A DNA stretch of 64,000 nucleotides, taken from contig CAJFCJ010000005.1 of the NCBI GenBank assembly GCA_904063045.1, positions 3,094,165-3,158,164 on the forward strand. Reading direction: 5' to 3'. This stretch comes from Dimorphilus gyrociliatus (lineage: Eukaryota > Animalia > Annelida). The notes below the pieces were generated by a model. It searched no databases, was not told the origin of the DNA, and saw only the letters and a program-made list of their open reading frames with translations. The position numbers and the translations under genes were made by a program. Of this stretch, positions 1-11,270 are shown one piece after another. How positions within the stretch are numbered: the stretch's first letter is position 1; every line of letters starts with the position of its first letter.

Positions 1-1476
1 TTTTATGGAAATGAACACAAGACTTCAAGTTGAACATCCTGTTAGCGAAATGATTACAGATACCGACTTGGTAGAGTGGCAAATTAAAGTGGCTAGTGGT
101 CAAGTGCTACCGAAAAAACAGTCTGATCTAAAGATAAATGGACATTCCTTTGAGGCTAGAATCTATGCAGAAGATCCGGATAACAATTTTATGCCTGGAG
201 CAGGTCCTCTTCACTTTTTGGAAACACCCAAACCCGATGAGTTTACACGTGTGGAAACAGGTGTTAGACAAAATGACGAAGTGTCTGTACATTACGATCC
301 AATGATTGCCAAACTTGTTGTATGGTCTCATGATAGAAAAAGTGCCTTGAGTAAATTAATATATTCCCTAAGACAATATAAGGTAATTGTTAAAAATTAT
401 ATCTGCAATCTAATTTATAAATATTTCTTTATCTATATACATTTAACACACTTTATTTCAGATTGTTGGATTAGCAAACAACATTTCCTTCCTGGATAAT
501 TTAGCTAGTCATCCAGAATTCCAAAATGCAAACGTCCATACAGGTGTTTAAAACGTTTATTATAATACACTGTAATAAATTAATATGTTGAATTTTTCCT
601 TCTCTTGTCAGGATTTATTCCTCAATATTACGACAATCTATTTGTGAAAAAATCAGTCGATCCTAGCGTTATTTGCCAATCAGCTTTAGCATTGTTATTG
701 AAAAGAATGAATGATGTTAAAAAAAGAGGTATTTTTTAAATGGTCAATAAAGATGCGTGATGAATAAACTATTTATTATTTTAGATGCTTTTACACCGTT
801 TTCGGATTCTACTTTGAGAAGGGTAAATCACGATTTACGCAGAAAAGTTCTATTGAAGAAAGATGGTGCAGGTAGATTACTATTATTATAACTTTTTTAA
901 AAGAGTAAAATATCTCTACTTTATTGTAGATTATGAAATATGTATTGTTCCAAGTGCTAAATCAAATGTGTATCAAGTGGAATACGAAAATTCGTCATTT
1001 GAAGTTGAAGTACTACCAGTTATTTCAAATGAAAATCGTTTGGATTTAAATTTTAACATTGATGGAGTGAAGTCAAAGGCAACAGCTGTCTTTTCACAAA
1101 ATACTATTAACTTATTTTCTCAAAATGGGTCCTTTGTATTTGATGTACCATTACCAAACTATACCAAGGGCTCATCTGCTGCTGGAGCTAGTTCCGATTC
1201 TGCTATAGCTCCAATGCCTGGAGTTGTTGACAAAGTACACGTTACCGAGGGTCAAGAAGTAAAAGAAGGTAAAGTATATTTCAACAATCTTTGTACCCGT
1301 TTTGCTATTGCAATTTAAACTTTGTTGTCAAAATAGGAGATAGGCTGTTGGTCATGATAGCTATGAAAATGGAATATGTTATTAAGAGCCCTAAAGATGG
1401 AGTGATTAAAAAAATATTCCATAAAAGCGGAGATACAACCAGTAAAGGAACCGTTCTTGTAACTTTTGAAAATTGA
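1..1476 (+). CDS. MCCC1: Methylcrotonoyl-CoA carboxylase alpha subunit, 3' part (5'-truncated by window; multi-exon)
   Basis: Biotin carboxylase motifs ([46 protein letters not shown]) and a C-terminal biotinyl domain (APMPGVV...AMKM). GT-AG introns at about 383-461, 544-611, 729-784, 872-929 and 1270-1337 join the pieces in frame. Stop at 1474-1476. Confidence 0.93.
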
Positions 1477-2227
1477 ACAACGCCATTGCAAACTTTCGTT
1501 ATACGTAATTTATCAATTAAATAAAAATTACCGATATGAGTTTGTCTCCGTTTGAAGATTTAATAAAAGAATGAGATCAGCACTGGAAAAAGTTTGGTAC
1601 TCTTGTCAACGAAATCTGAAATATAATAGCCAGCAAACATGTTATTAAACATTGTCTACATCAAATATTAGGTTATTTTCTTTGAAGTAGATATTAGTAC
1701 AATGCTTTGAAGTTATTCTGCTGCCTCTGAATTCCTTCACGTACATAAAAATTAACGTATGACTATAATTATCATAGTTAATTAAAGTTTGATATATATC
1801 AAACTCACTGTTCATGAAGATGTTAATCTGCAATATGAATCATTTTACTCTCTGAAGATGAATGAGTCAACAATCACCCATTTCGAAAACACACAAAGTA
1901 TACTTAATAAAAAATATCTTATTAAGCAAATATTGAAATTAAAAAATTGAATATGATTTTTGATTTCAAAATTAGAAGAAGTAAATTTCTAGACAAATAA
2001 ATAATAGTTTAAGTGTTACAGATTAACCATCGTATCTATTTGAGAGATTCAAGATATACAATTTGTATATGTAAATAAGAAAATAAGAACAGTCATAATT
2101 TTTTCATATGCTTTAATGAATCTTAAATATTTACCCCTTTATATGAATGATCAATAAAGCGGTTTTATATATATATTTTTTACACCTTAATTGTACTCAT
2201 AAAGTTTAAGATAATCATTCGTTACCA

Positions 2228-3149
2228 ATGGAAGTAGATCCTCAAAATAGTTTTATTCTATTAGTTCTAAGCTTTCAAAGTATAAATTCTTGTCCATTTA
2301 CTTGGGAAGAAGAAAATGGACATTGCTACAAATTTCAAACAGCAGTACAAACTTGGGTTGATGCGATTGATACATGTAGAACATTGACACCTAAAGCCAA
2401 TTTATTAATTATAGAAACTGAAGAGGAGAACAGCTTTATCAGTGGGAAATTTAAAAGTTCTTTCGAAGATATATGGATAGGACTCCAACGAACTGATTTT
2501 AGTTCGATTCTATTTTTAAATAATCTTACAATATGATATTTCATTCAATTAAAAACTATTTTTTCAGGCAATGAATTAAAATATGAAAATGGCACTTTAT
2601 TTTCAACGAACTATCACAACTTTGCTACTGGTGAGCCAAACTCTGCAGGTGATAGTTGCATTGCTTTGAGACTTTTCTCAGGATGTTAGTACTTTAATAA
2701 GTTCTTAATTATTTAAGAGAAAAGATATCTTTTTGTTATCTTGTAACATTTTCTTTAATATTAGTTTGGAGAGACACGGCATGTACCGACGTTCTAAATG
2801 TAATATGTGAACTTTCACTACCAACTCCTAAATCAGAAAAAGACCAAATGACACCTTTAATATCATTATGTATGAGTATTCCGTGAATAAAATTACTAAT
2901 TTTCATTCATTTTTCTACTTCTAAGTTACGAGATATCGTCTCTCTGCAAGAAATTCGAAACCTCCTGGAGGATATTTAAGGAAATACCATCTAAGAAGTA
3001 AAATTTCCTGCGCCACCTTATGTACTGAACATTCTTCATGTACATCTTTTACTATAAAAAATGATTCGTTTTGTTTTCATTTTAGTAGTAAATATAGTTT
3101 TAATGTATCTCTTGATCATAGTTATGGAGAAGATTATTATATTAAATAA
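2228..3149 (+). CDS. Secreted C-type lectin (EPN, WRD) with C-terminal PAN/Apple-like module; 4 exons
   Basis: CPFTWEEENGHCY...WVDAIDTC...WIGL. Hand-spliced exons give GEPNSAGDSC...WRDTAC...VICE. The terminal phase-1 exon 2926-3149 encodes RSKISCATLCTEHSSCTSFTIKNDSFC...DYYIK*. The start codon is uncertain. Confidence 0.85.
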
Positions 3150-3600
3150 TCATTAAACAATGATTTCAAATACGTAAATTCTCAACACTAATAAAAAGAA
3201 TATCTTCATTGAAAGTTTTATGTAATTACTTTTTTTAGTCAATTGTTCAGAATATTTGTTTATTTGCCTATCCATATTATAAGAGTATATCTTCTTCGAC
3301 AGGGACAACAAGTGTTACGAAATGTCGATATTATTGGAAGTTTCATTATATCTTATTTACTATGCCTCTATCTAGCGAACAATTGAATTTAGAGAAAAAA
3401 TAATAGATTAATTGACAATAGCCCTAAAAAATAGTCCTAATAATTGGAATGATATATATATATATATATTATTCACCAATATCTCACTGTTTAGGTCGTT
3501 ACTATAAATTTATACCATATTCTAATAGGTTGATAGGTTTCAAAAAGGACAGAGTATTGGAATTTTATTCCATTAGAGTAATATATCAGAGAATATATTC

Positions 3601-4645
3601 ATGATATTAAATATGATTAAACTTTTCTTCATTCATTTAATATTCATAATAGAGAGTTGTCCAGACAGTACTTGGAATACGCACAATCAGAATTGTTATA
3701 AACTTTTCGAGCAAAGGAAAAATTGGCATTCTTCTCTTCAACATTGTGAACTATTTTCAGCATATTTGGTCCGTGTTCAGAATTCAGCTGAACACGAGTT
3801 TGTCACGGAATTAGTGAAAGGTATTATTACAACATATAATCCAGCATGGATAAGCTCAAATGATATAGAAACAGGTAAGAGAAAAACAAAATAAATGTCA
3901 TAAATTTGCCTACTTCATTTCATATGAATGAAAAGAAAATGTATTCCGATACGATGATGGTAGCCCCATCAGTTTTAGTTCTTGGCATCATGCGGAGCCC
4001 AACGATGGAGAAGGTGGATCTGATTGTGCTGCTCTAATTGTAGAATCATTTGGATGTAAGTTTATTTTCCATGAAAGAACATGATGAATTCTAATATTCA
4101 TATTCATTTAGACTGGAGAGATAGACCTTGCTATGACAATTATTACTTTATATGCGAAAGTGGTCAAAATGTAATTGAAGCACAGCCCACTACTACAATA
4201 GAGCTCAGTACCACTACAACGGAGTCCACCACCACAGCAGAAGAACCCACTACAACAGTAGAACCCACTACAACAGTAAAACCCACTACAACAGTAGAAC
4301 CCACTACAACAATTGAATTCTCAACAACAATTCAACCTACAATTATACCAATCCTTCAGTGTAAGTTTACCCAATGATATATTAAATATACTACATATAA
4401 TGTACACTAACCTGTATCAATGCTTTTCAGTTGAAAATTACTTTCTCTTTGCTCTAAATTCGACACCATCTAAAACTCAAACTGAAAAATATGTAGTTCA
4501 AAGTAAAATTCACTGTGCTTCACTTTGTAAAATCAGTTCAGCTTGTATGTCATTTACAATCACAGCAAATTTAACGTGTAGGCTATTTCCTGGCTATCGA
4601 TTAATAACAGTGTCAAGTATCGATGAGAGCTATTATACGATCTAA
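3601..4645 (+). CDS. Secreted C-type lectin (EPN, WRD) + Thr-rich stalk + C-terminal PAN/Apple-like module; 4 exons
   Basis: CPDSTW...CYKLF...WHSSLQHC...WIS, HAEPNDG...DC, WRDRPC...FICE, then (E/K)PTTTV repeats. The terminal phase-1 exon 4431-4645 encodes QSKIHCASLCKISSACMSF...C...SYYTI*. The start codon is uncertain. Confidence 0.85.
4243..4314 (+). repeat. Coding 18-bp tandem repeat x4, (E/K)PTTTV
   Basis: gaacccactacaacagta units start at 4243, 4261, 4279 and 4297 (last two slightly diverged). Confidence 0.9.
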
Positions 4646-4967
4646 GAGGTGACCATTTGCACTAGGGATTAAATAGAATATATGTGCATATATTCTATAC
4701 ATATTATTGCAATGATATGTTATCAGCTAAAACTTTAAATGTTTCATTTATATATACAATATAAGAAAATTCAACAGTAAAAAATCGTGTTTTTCTGTAA
4801 CAATAATTTATTTATTTTCTGTATTAATGATAACTAACATAAATCTATATATGTAAATTGTTCATTCTCTATTGTTAAAATTTTTCATATATTAATGATA
4901 GTGCAGAAAAGTATATTTAGCTTGACAATAAAATTTTTTAAAATTTCTATTTTCCTACCAAAACCTT

Positions 4968-5039
4968 ACCGGAAGTAGTTTCAAGTGAAACTAGAAGTGT
5001 AACAACCGGTTTAATAGTCACAGAAATAGTGAACCGGTT
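4968..5039. promoter_or_regulatory. Putative proximal promoter of AKAP17A: ETS site and two AACCGGTT palindromes
   Basis: ACCGGAAGT at 4968-4976; AACCGGTT at 5004-5011 and 5032-5039; all within 110 bp of the ATG at 5078. Motif identity is by consensus only. Confidence 0.45.
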
Positions 5040-5077
5040 ACTCACCATTCATTAGACTTATTTATCCTATACAAAAG

Positions 5078-7496
5078 ATGGCTGACGTAACGGCGATAAG
5101 CGAAGTGGAGGATGTTACTGAAGCTGTTGACTTTAATGCCGCTAGAAATCTCTTTTTTATACCGATATGTAAAATCACTTTAACAGTTATATTGCCGCAA
5201 TGTACAGAACCAGGGAAATCGATATCAAATTGGGAAATTATGGAAAAAATACGATCGATAATAAAACCGGATATTTTTCTCTCTTTAAAAGTATTAAAAA
5301 GCACTTTGGAATACGTGCGATTGGAAGGTAATAATAAAAATCAGTATATTTACTAGTTATTTATTAGTTATCTTTTGAATATTCAATCTATTTCTCATTT
5401 AATTCAGAAAATAAAAATTCAAACTCAATTCTATAAAGTTTTCTCTTTAAATTTCTACAGGAGACGTAAAAAATAAGAGTCTAGTTAAAATATTAACCTG
5501 CAGATTAGACGGTGTTAATATTAAGATAAGTGGTTTTAAAGAATCACTGACTGTTCGTGCTGCTGAAACAAGATGCATTTTTCCAACGAAAAACGACTGG
5601 GATACTTTTTTTAGAGATGCAAAGAACATGAACGAAATGAAGCCAGGCGAAAGACCAGATACTATACATATAACAAACTTTCCGTCTGCTTGGTTTATCG
5701 ATCCAGATGACAAGGAAAACACTGGAAAACCATCAGAAAAAATTTTAAGAGAATGCTTCGAAAGGTTTGGAACCGTAAGACTTACAGATATACCTCTACT
5801 AGACAAATATAGGTAGGTAATGATTAATAATTTTTATTCTTAAATTATATTGAGCAACGCTTAGGAATCAAATGCAAACCTCATCAGCAAAGAGGACTAC
5901 TGTAACGTCTGATAATGATTTGTTATTTGAAGCATTTGTCCAGTTTAAGGAGTACATAGGATTTGTTAAAGCTATGAATACCATGAGGGGTATGAAACTT
6001 TTGTACAAGGATACCATAAATGCACGTAATTTAACGTCATTTATTGCTGCTGACTTTGATAAAACAAAGCATTTATCGGATAAAAATGTAAGAAAGAGAA
6101 GAGCCGAGAGAAAGCGTTTACAAGAGGAAGAAGAAGAGAGAACAAGAAAAAAGCAAAGGGAAATAGAGGAAGAAATTGAGAGAAGAAAAGAAATCAAGTA
6201 AAAATCTAAAATTAGGCTCCAAAAACACACGATAGGAAAAGTCTCTTTAACGAAATTATTTATTTTGATCAGTCGCCAGAGAGAATACGAGCAGGTTCAA
6301 CGAGAAAAACGAAAACGAGAACGTGCTGATAAAAGGCGTCAGAGAAAACTAGAAAGGGAAGCAATGAGGCAAGAAGAGCGAATGCAGGCAAAAATTGCCA
6401 GAGAAGAAAGAAAAATTTTGATTGCCCATCGTAAATTGCAGTCAGTTAGGTTGTTAACTGAACTGCTGGATCGCGTTAAAGTTAGGTTCTAGAACAAAGT
6501 TGAGGTTTGGTCATGTGACTTTTCTTCGGTATAGCTAATTAAAAATTAAATTAAATTATCAAACAAAGCTAGGAGAATAAACCAACTAAATTATTTTCTA
6601 AGTTAATTAAGAAAATTTCTATCAAAAAAAAGAAAAGGCGACAAAATTCTTTTAAAAGATTAATCAAATTACTTTAGAAAAGAGAGAGTTTAAAGTAAAC
6701 AATCTATGAATTTGTAATTTCATACTGTTTTTTTATTTATAAAAAAAAGTAATAGTCTAGAAAATAGGCTTCATTACCGAATAAGCTAAGGGGTTCGTTT
6801 ATATTTGCTTATAATTTAGTCATTTTAAGTATAAATGTACCTGTTAGCTGAAAAGTCATGTGCTCAAAGGAAATATTATTACTAAAAAAAACCACGTATG
6901 AAATAAGTGCATCTCATGAATTTAAACCATTAATGAGTGTGTATTAAAAAAAATTAACTATAAGTTTTATATAGATATTTACCAAAGTTGTAATATTAAG
7001 GATTTCTTAGAGTATTCCATTCTTTGAATCATTAATACTACAATTGAAGAGCATATTTTTAAATAAAATTTGACTCTTATCCGCTTATATAAAAGTTAAC
7101 TGATAAAAATCTCTTCACTCATTAATGAAACCTGTAGAAAAGAAAGCAGCAGGAAGAATTGCTCAGGCGGGAAAGAGAATTGGAAGAGGAGAGGCAACTA
7201 CAAATCAAATTGGCAAGGCAGAAGCGCTTAGACGATGAGAGAAGGAAACTCGAGGCAGAACAAAGGAAAAAGGAGGAGCTTGAGAGGAAAGAAGAGGAAT
7301 TACGCAAACGGATAATGAATAATGTTAAAATGCAAGAGGTAAAGATAGCAGAAATTATTTTCTAGTTTAAATATATTTTACATATTTGTTGCAGCTTAAA
7401 AAAATTGAAACAAAGAAGAAAGAGAAGCGAGAAGAGGTTGCTAAAAGTAATATACGGTTGATGAGTGCCGTTATTCCAAGCAAGCGAGCTAGATAA
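5078..7496 (+). CDS. AKAP17A: A-kinase anchor protein 17A (SFRS17A/XE7) homolog; multi-exon
   Basis: N-terminus ARNLFFIP...ITLTVILPQ...GKSISNWEIMEK, then MNEMKPGERPDTIH and an R/E/K-rich coiled-coil tail match my recollection of AKAP17A. GT-AG introns at about 5328-5461, 5812-5866, 6139-6270, 6481-7137 and 7339-7394. Stop TAA at 7494-7496. Confidence 0.9.
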
Positions 7497-7817
7497 TCTT
7501 GAAAACGGCCTTGCAAAAGGGAAAATACAGCAATGATAATTTTCACAATCAGGTCTACTTTTTAGCTAATGAGGTTTTATTATAGAATCAAGCCAAACAA
7601 ACAAAAAACGTGGAACTAACAATATTCGTGTTCATTTTCTATGTTCTGTTAAAAATTGTTAAATATTATTATAATTATTTAGGACAACTCGGAATTTAAA
7701 TAAATTATTTCTAAATTTTTATTTGCTAAAAGGAATATATTGAATCTGTACTAATTTACTATTCTATTCTCCAGGAACGAACAATTACTCTTTCTAAGAG
7801 TATAAGAAATAAATAAT

Positions 7818-9672
7818 CTATGCATTCTTAGGTTTAAAATTATGTATGATATCTAATGAACTTAGATACAAAAAAATTTTCTCCTTGAACCATCCTTTCT
7901 CTTTAAAAAGAAGAAGTTCCTCTTTCTACCATTATCATCCGACTTGGATTCGTTTTTCACAACACATTTTTGACAGTTTTTACAATTACAATGACACGAT
8001 TTTGACAAGCGGATCTCTTGATTCATGACTTGTTCGATACTTTCAAAGCCTTCAATCTTTAGGGAAAAAGTTTAAGAATATACAACACATCTATAACTTG
8101 GACCCGAATGACAGAAAACCTACACTTCGGGCAGGATTTCTTTGAGTGAGGACGAATTTAGCTAATTCGTCGAGAGCGTTGTCAATTCCTTTTCCAGTTC
8201 TTGCACTAACCTCGAAGTAGCCTTCGTACTGTTTACTAAACTACATAAATTACATTGATTAAGTTTAAGAGTGTAATAAAAATTTATATAGGCCAAAATA
8301 TACCTCTTCCGCAATAGCCCTATTAACAACTCTTTCTTCGTTAAGATCTATTTTATTTGCCAGTACGTAAACAGGTATAATATGGTCCTTACCGGAAGTT
8401 TCATTCTATGGTTAGTAGAGAGACAGGAATATGAATTAGAAACAAAAGAAATTTGATTTCAAGAACTAAACCTCTACAAAATTACTCCATCTGCTAGTTA
8501 AACTTTCAAAACTGCTCCATTTAGTAACATCAAAAACAAGGAAAATACCCTTTAAAAAAAAATGCATACAAACATATATAAATGAATAAGTTAACAATTC
8601 TATATAATTTATGAATGTATGGAATTTAAAGAATTTTAGAATTTCAATACGCAAACTGACATTACAATGAAATTTAAAATATTGTTAATTGGTTAAGGAA
8701 TTAGTTTATTTAAATATTATTTTTATTGTCAAGAAAAAGAATATATATATATATATATATTGCTATGTCTATTTATAATATAATATATGTTTTATGGATA
8801 TTTTAAAATAAAAAAGTTTTGGCGATTTCAACGTTTTTCTTTCAATTGACTGAACATATATTTCAGTCTAATAATACCATGCTAATTTCAGTATGTGCAT
8901 AAAGTAAATAATAGTATGGAAAAGAACTGAATATACTGTATATATATATTTATCTTTCTTTTTCTCATATCTTTATATCTTTATCTGTGGCTATACTATT
9001 TTTTATATATTAGACAACTAAACACGCCCATCCAGATAGAATAGAAACATTATTAGTTTTTTATTATAATTTAGTTTTATGGTTAATATATTAGTCTGTT
9101 TTTTACCAACATGTGCTCTTCTTAAATATGGTGTTGTCATTAACGAAAACATCTCTTGTCCAGCCATATCCCTTTAAATTGGTTTTATTTAACTTCTTTT
9201 TTTTATATAGATACAATATAGAATTAAAGAAAGAGTAATTATTAATTATTTATATATTTTCTGCATATATAAAGATGCTATTTATAATTTAAAAATTTTT
9301 TGTTAGGTATAGTAAATGAATTTCGTCTATTTACCATATTCTTAGCTTTACATTGACCCTGCTAATTTTAAGTGCAATTTCTGTATGATCAACACCTATA
9401 GAAATCAAGATTATAAGAAATAAGTCGTGGTTCGTGTGGATGAGCAAATATTTACCGCTAGTGGACGACGTATTACTCATAAATGGAGCTTTAGAGAAAC
9501 TCCTTAATATGCACGTCTTTCCCACAGTACTATCTCCAATTATTACAACCTATTAGTATATAAAATATATAAAAATCGTGAGGCTTTTGTTAAATTTACA
9601 AAAACGAGCGACTACCTCATAGAAGACATCTTCTTTATTAGTTGGACGGCGAACGCTTATAAAATTCATCAT
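7818..9672 (-). CDS. Divergent Rab-family small GTPase; about 8 exons, 3' end uncertain
   Basis: Spliced reading: MMNFISVRRPTNKEDVFYE|VVIIGDSTVGKT...STSG|VDH...KLRIW|DMAGQE...YLRRAH|GIFLVFDVT...|...VLANKIDL...|...EVSARTGKGID. All G1-G5 boxes are present across short GT-AG introns. Confidence 0.85.
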
Positions 9673-10466
9673 TTATTCCTCTACGAAAGAGAGAGAGAGA
9701 GGAGGAGGAGGGAGAAAACAAAAGATGAGCTCTGATTGAAAGGTATACTTTTTCTTTTAGATGCTTACTATGAATTTTTCATCAATTTATATTCATAGAG
9801 TTTGGCCTAGTCGTTTACTCCTTTAGCAATTGGTTAAAAAGTCTGACTAATCCTCTTACACGTGCACCAGAGATCGGATATCCCCTTGTTCTAGTGGAAG
9901 AATAATATACTGTTAACAGTATAATTGATTTGTAGGAAATGCCATTACAAATTTCATATTTAGTTTGTTGATCTATTGAATTGTTTATTAAGTACAAATG
10001 CTTAACTTTTGTATGTTTATTACCTCATTAGTTTAATTAACTGTAAATATAGTTACTCTGGTGTAAAGTAGGTTATTTTTTGATCTTTTTCAATATATTA
10101 GTATATATATATAAAAGATATTTTTTTTATATATATACAGTGTATAAATGCATATAAATGTAAAATATACGGTATATATACATTAATTAACCTTTATTCT
10201 CTCGTTAAATACAATCTTAATTAGACTGTAAATCTTATTTCCGTAAACTAATATTAAAAAGAAATTCAGATTAACGAAAAACAATTGGCCTAACTTGTTA
10301 CAGTATAAGCTTATCTCTACAAGAAATTAACACAGCTAACAATAATAGCTATAAATCAATTGTCGAATAATAAATTACTACAAACTTAAAGTTTGGATGA
10401 GGAAAAAAAATTAAGTGCATAGAATGTTTGGTTAATAGAAAAAAAAGTAGACAACAAATATCTACT

Positions 10467-10571
10467 AGCCCCCAGTGAGGTTTGAACTCACGACCCCTGG
10501 TTAACTCTCGCATACGCTACAGTTGTAATAGTCGTACAAGACCAGTGCTCTAACCACTGAGCTATGGAGGC
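10467..10571 (-). tRNA. tRNA-Thr(UGU) with 32-nt intron (10503-10534)
   Basis: Minus strand reads GCCTCCATAGCTCAGTGGTTAGAGCACTGGTCTTGTA[intron]AACCAGGGGTCGTGAGTTCAAACCTCACTGGGGGCT. All four stems pair, A and B boxes are intact, and the mature length is 73 nt. A T7 Pol III terminator lies about 20 nt downstream (10440-10446). Confidence 0.95.
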
Positions 10572-11270
10572 TTTGACGAAAGTAGCAATATTAGATAATA
10601 GTTTAAGCCAATTTTTTTTCTCACTGTAGTAAAGTATATTTTAATAGCATTCTGAAGCGTACGCTTGTCTCTGTCTGCCAATAAACATACTTATATGCAC
10701 GTATTGTATTGAACAAATTGTCTAACCTTCTAATTAAAAAGTAAGAACACTTCCTGTTTAAAGCCTATTATAGTTTGACAAAAAATTGTATAGTTACTAA
10801 TGTTTGTTTCTATATATCGATATCTTTTATTCAATTTCCGTTTAAAAAAATAATAAAAGCATTGTTCTAAAAGCACCACATAGAAATTAAAATAAAATAG
10901 AATAAACATGTTTATATTATTACTTTTATCTTATTTTAAACTAAACGTTTGTATTATTAATTTTTTATTACTAATATCTTTTTTGAATAATTAATTAATT
11001 AGTTAATTTATTATTAGTTAATTATCATCTATAGTATTAAAAACTAAGGAGAAATAACGAAAATATTATTTCTATAGTTGCTTTCTTTTGTTTTTTTTTG
11101 TGTTTTTTTGTTAATGGTTCACTATGGTTCGGATTATTAAATACGAAAATATGAATATATATATATATATATATACAGTATATATATATATTGTTTATAC
11201 ATATAATGTATAATAGATATATATATATTTTATAAACATTAATTGGCAAAGGAAAACTAAATAGAAATCG

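Noticed and set aside
11037-11249. Low-complexity I/Y/F-rich ORFs here and at 45568-45891, 45968-46159, 46325-46513, 58387-58581 and 61187-61369
   Set aside because: Translations of (TA)n, (CT)n, (ATA)n and poly-T tracts in introns or intergenic DNA.
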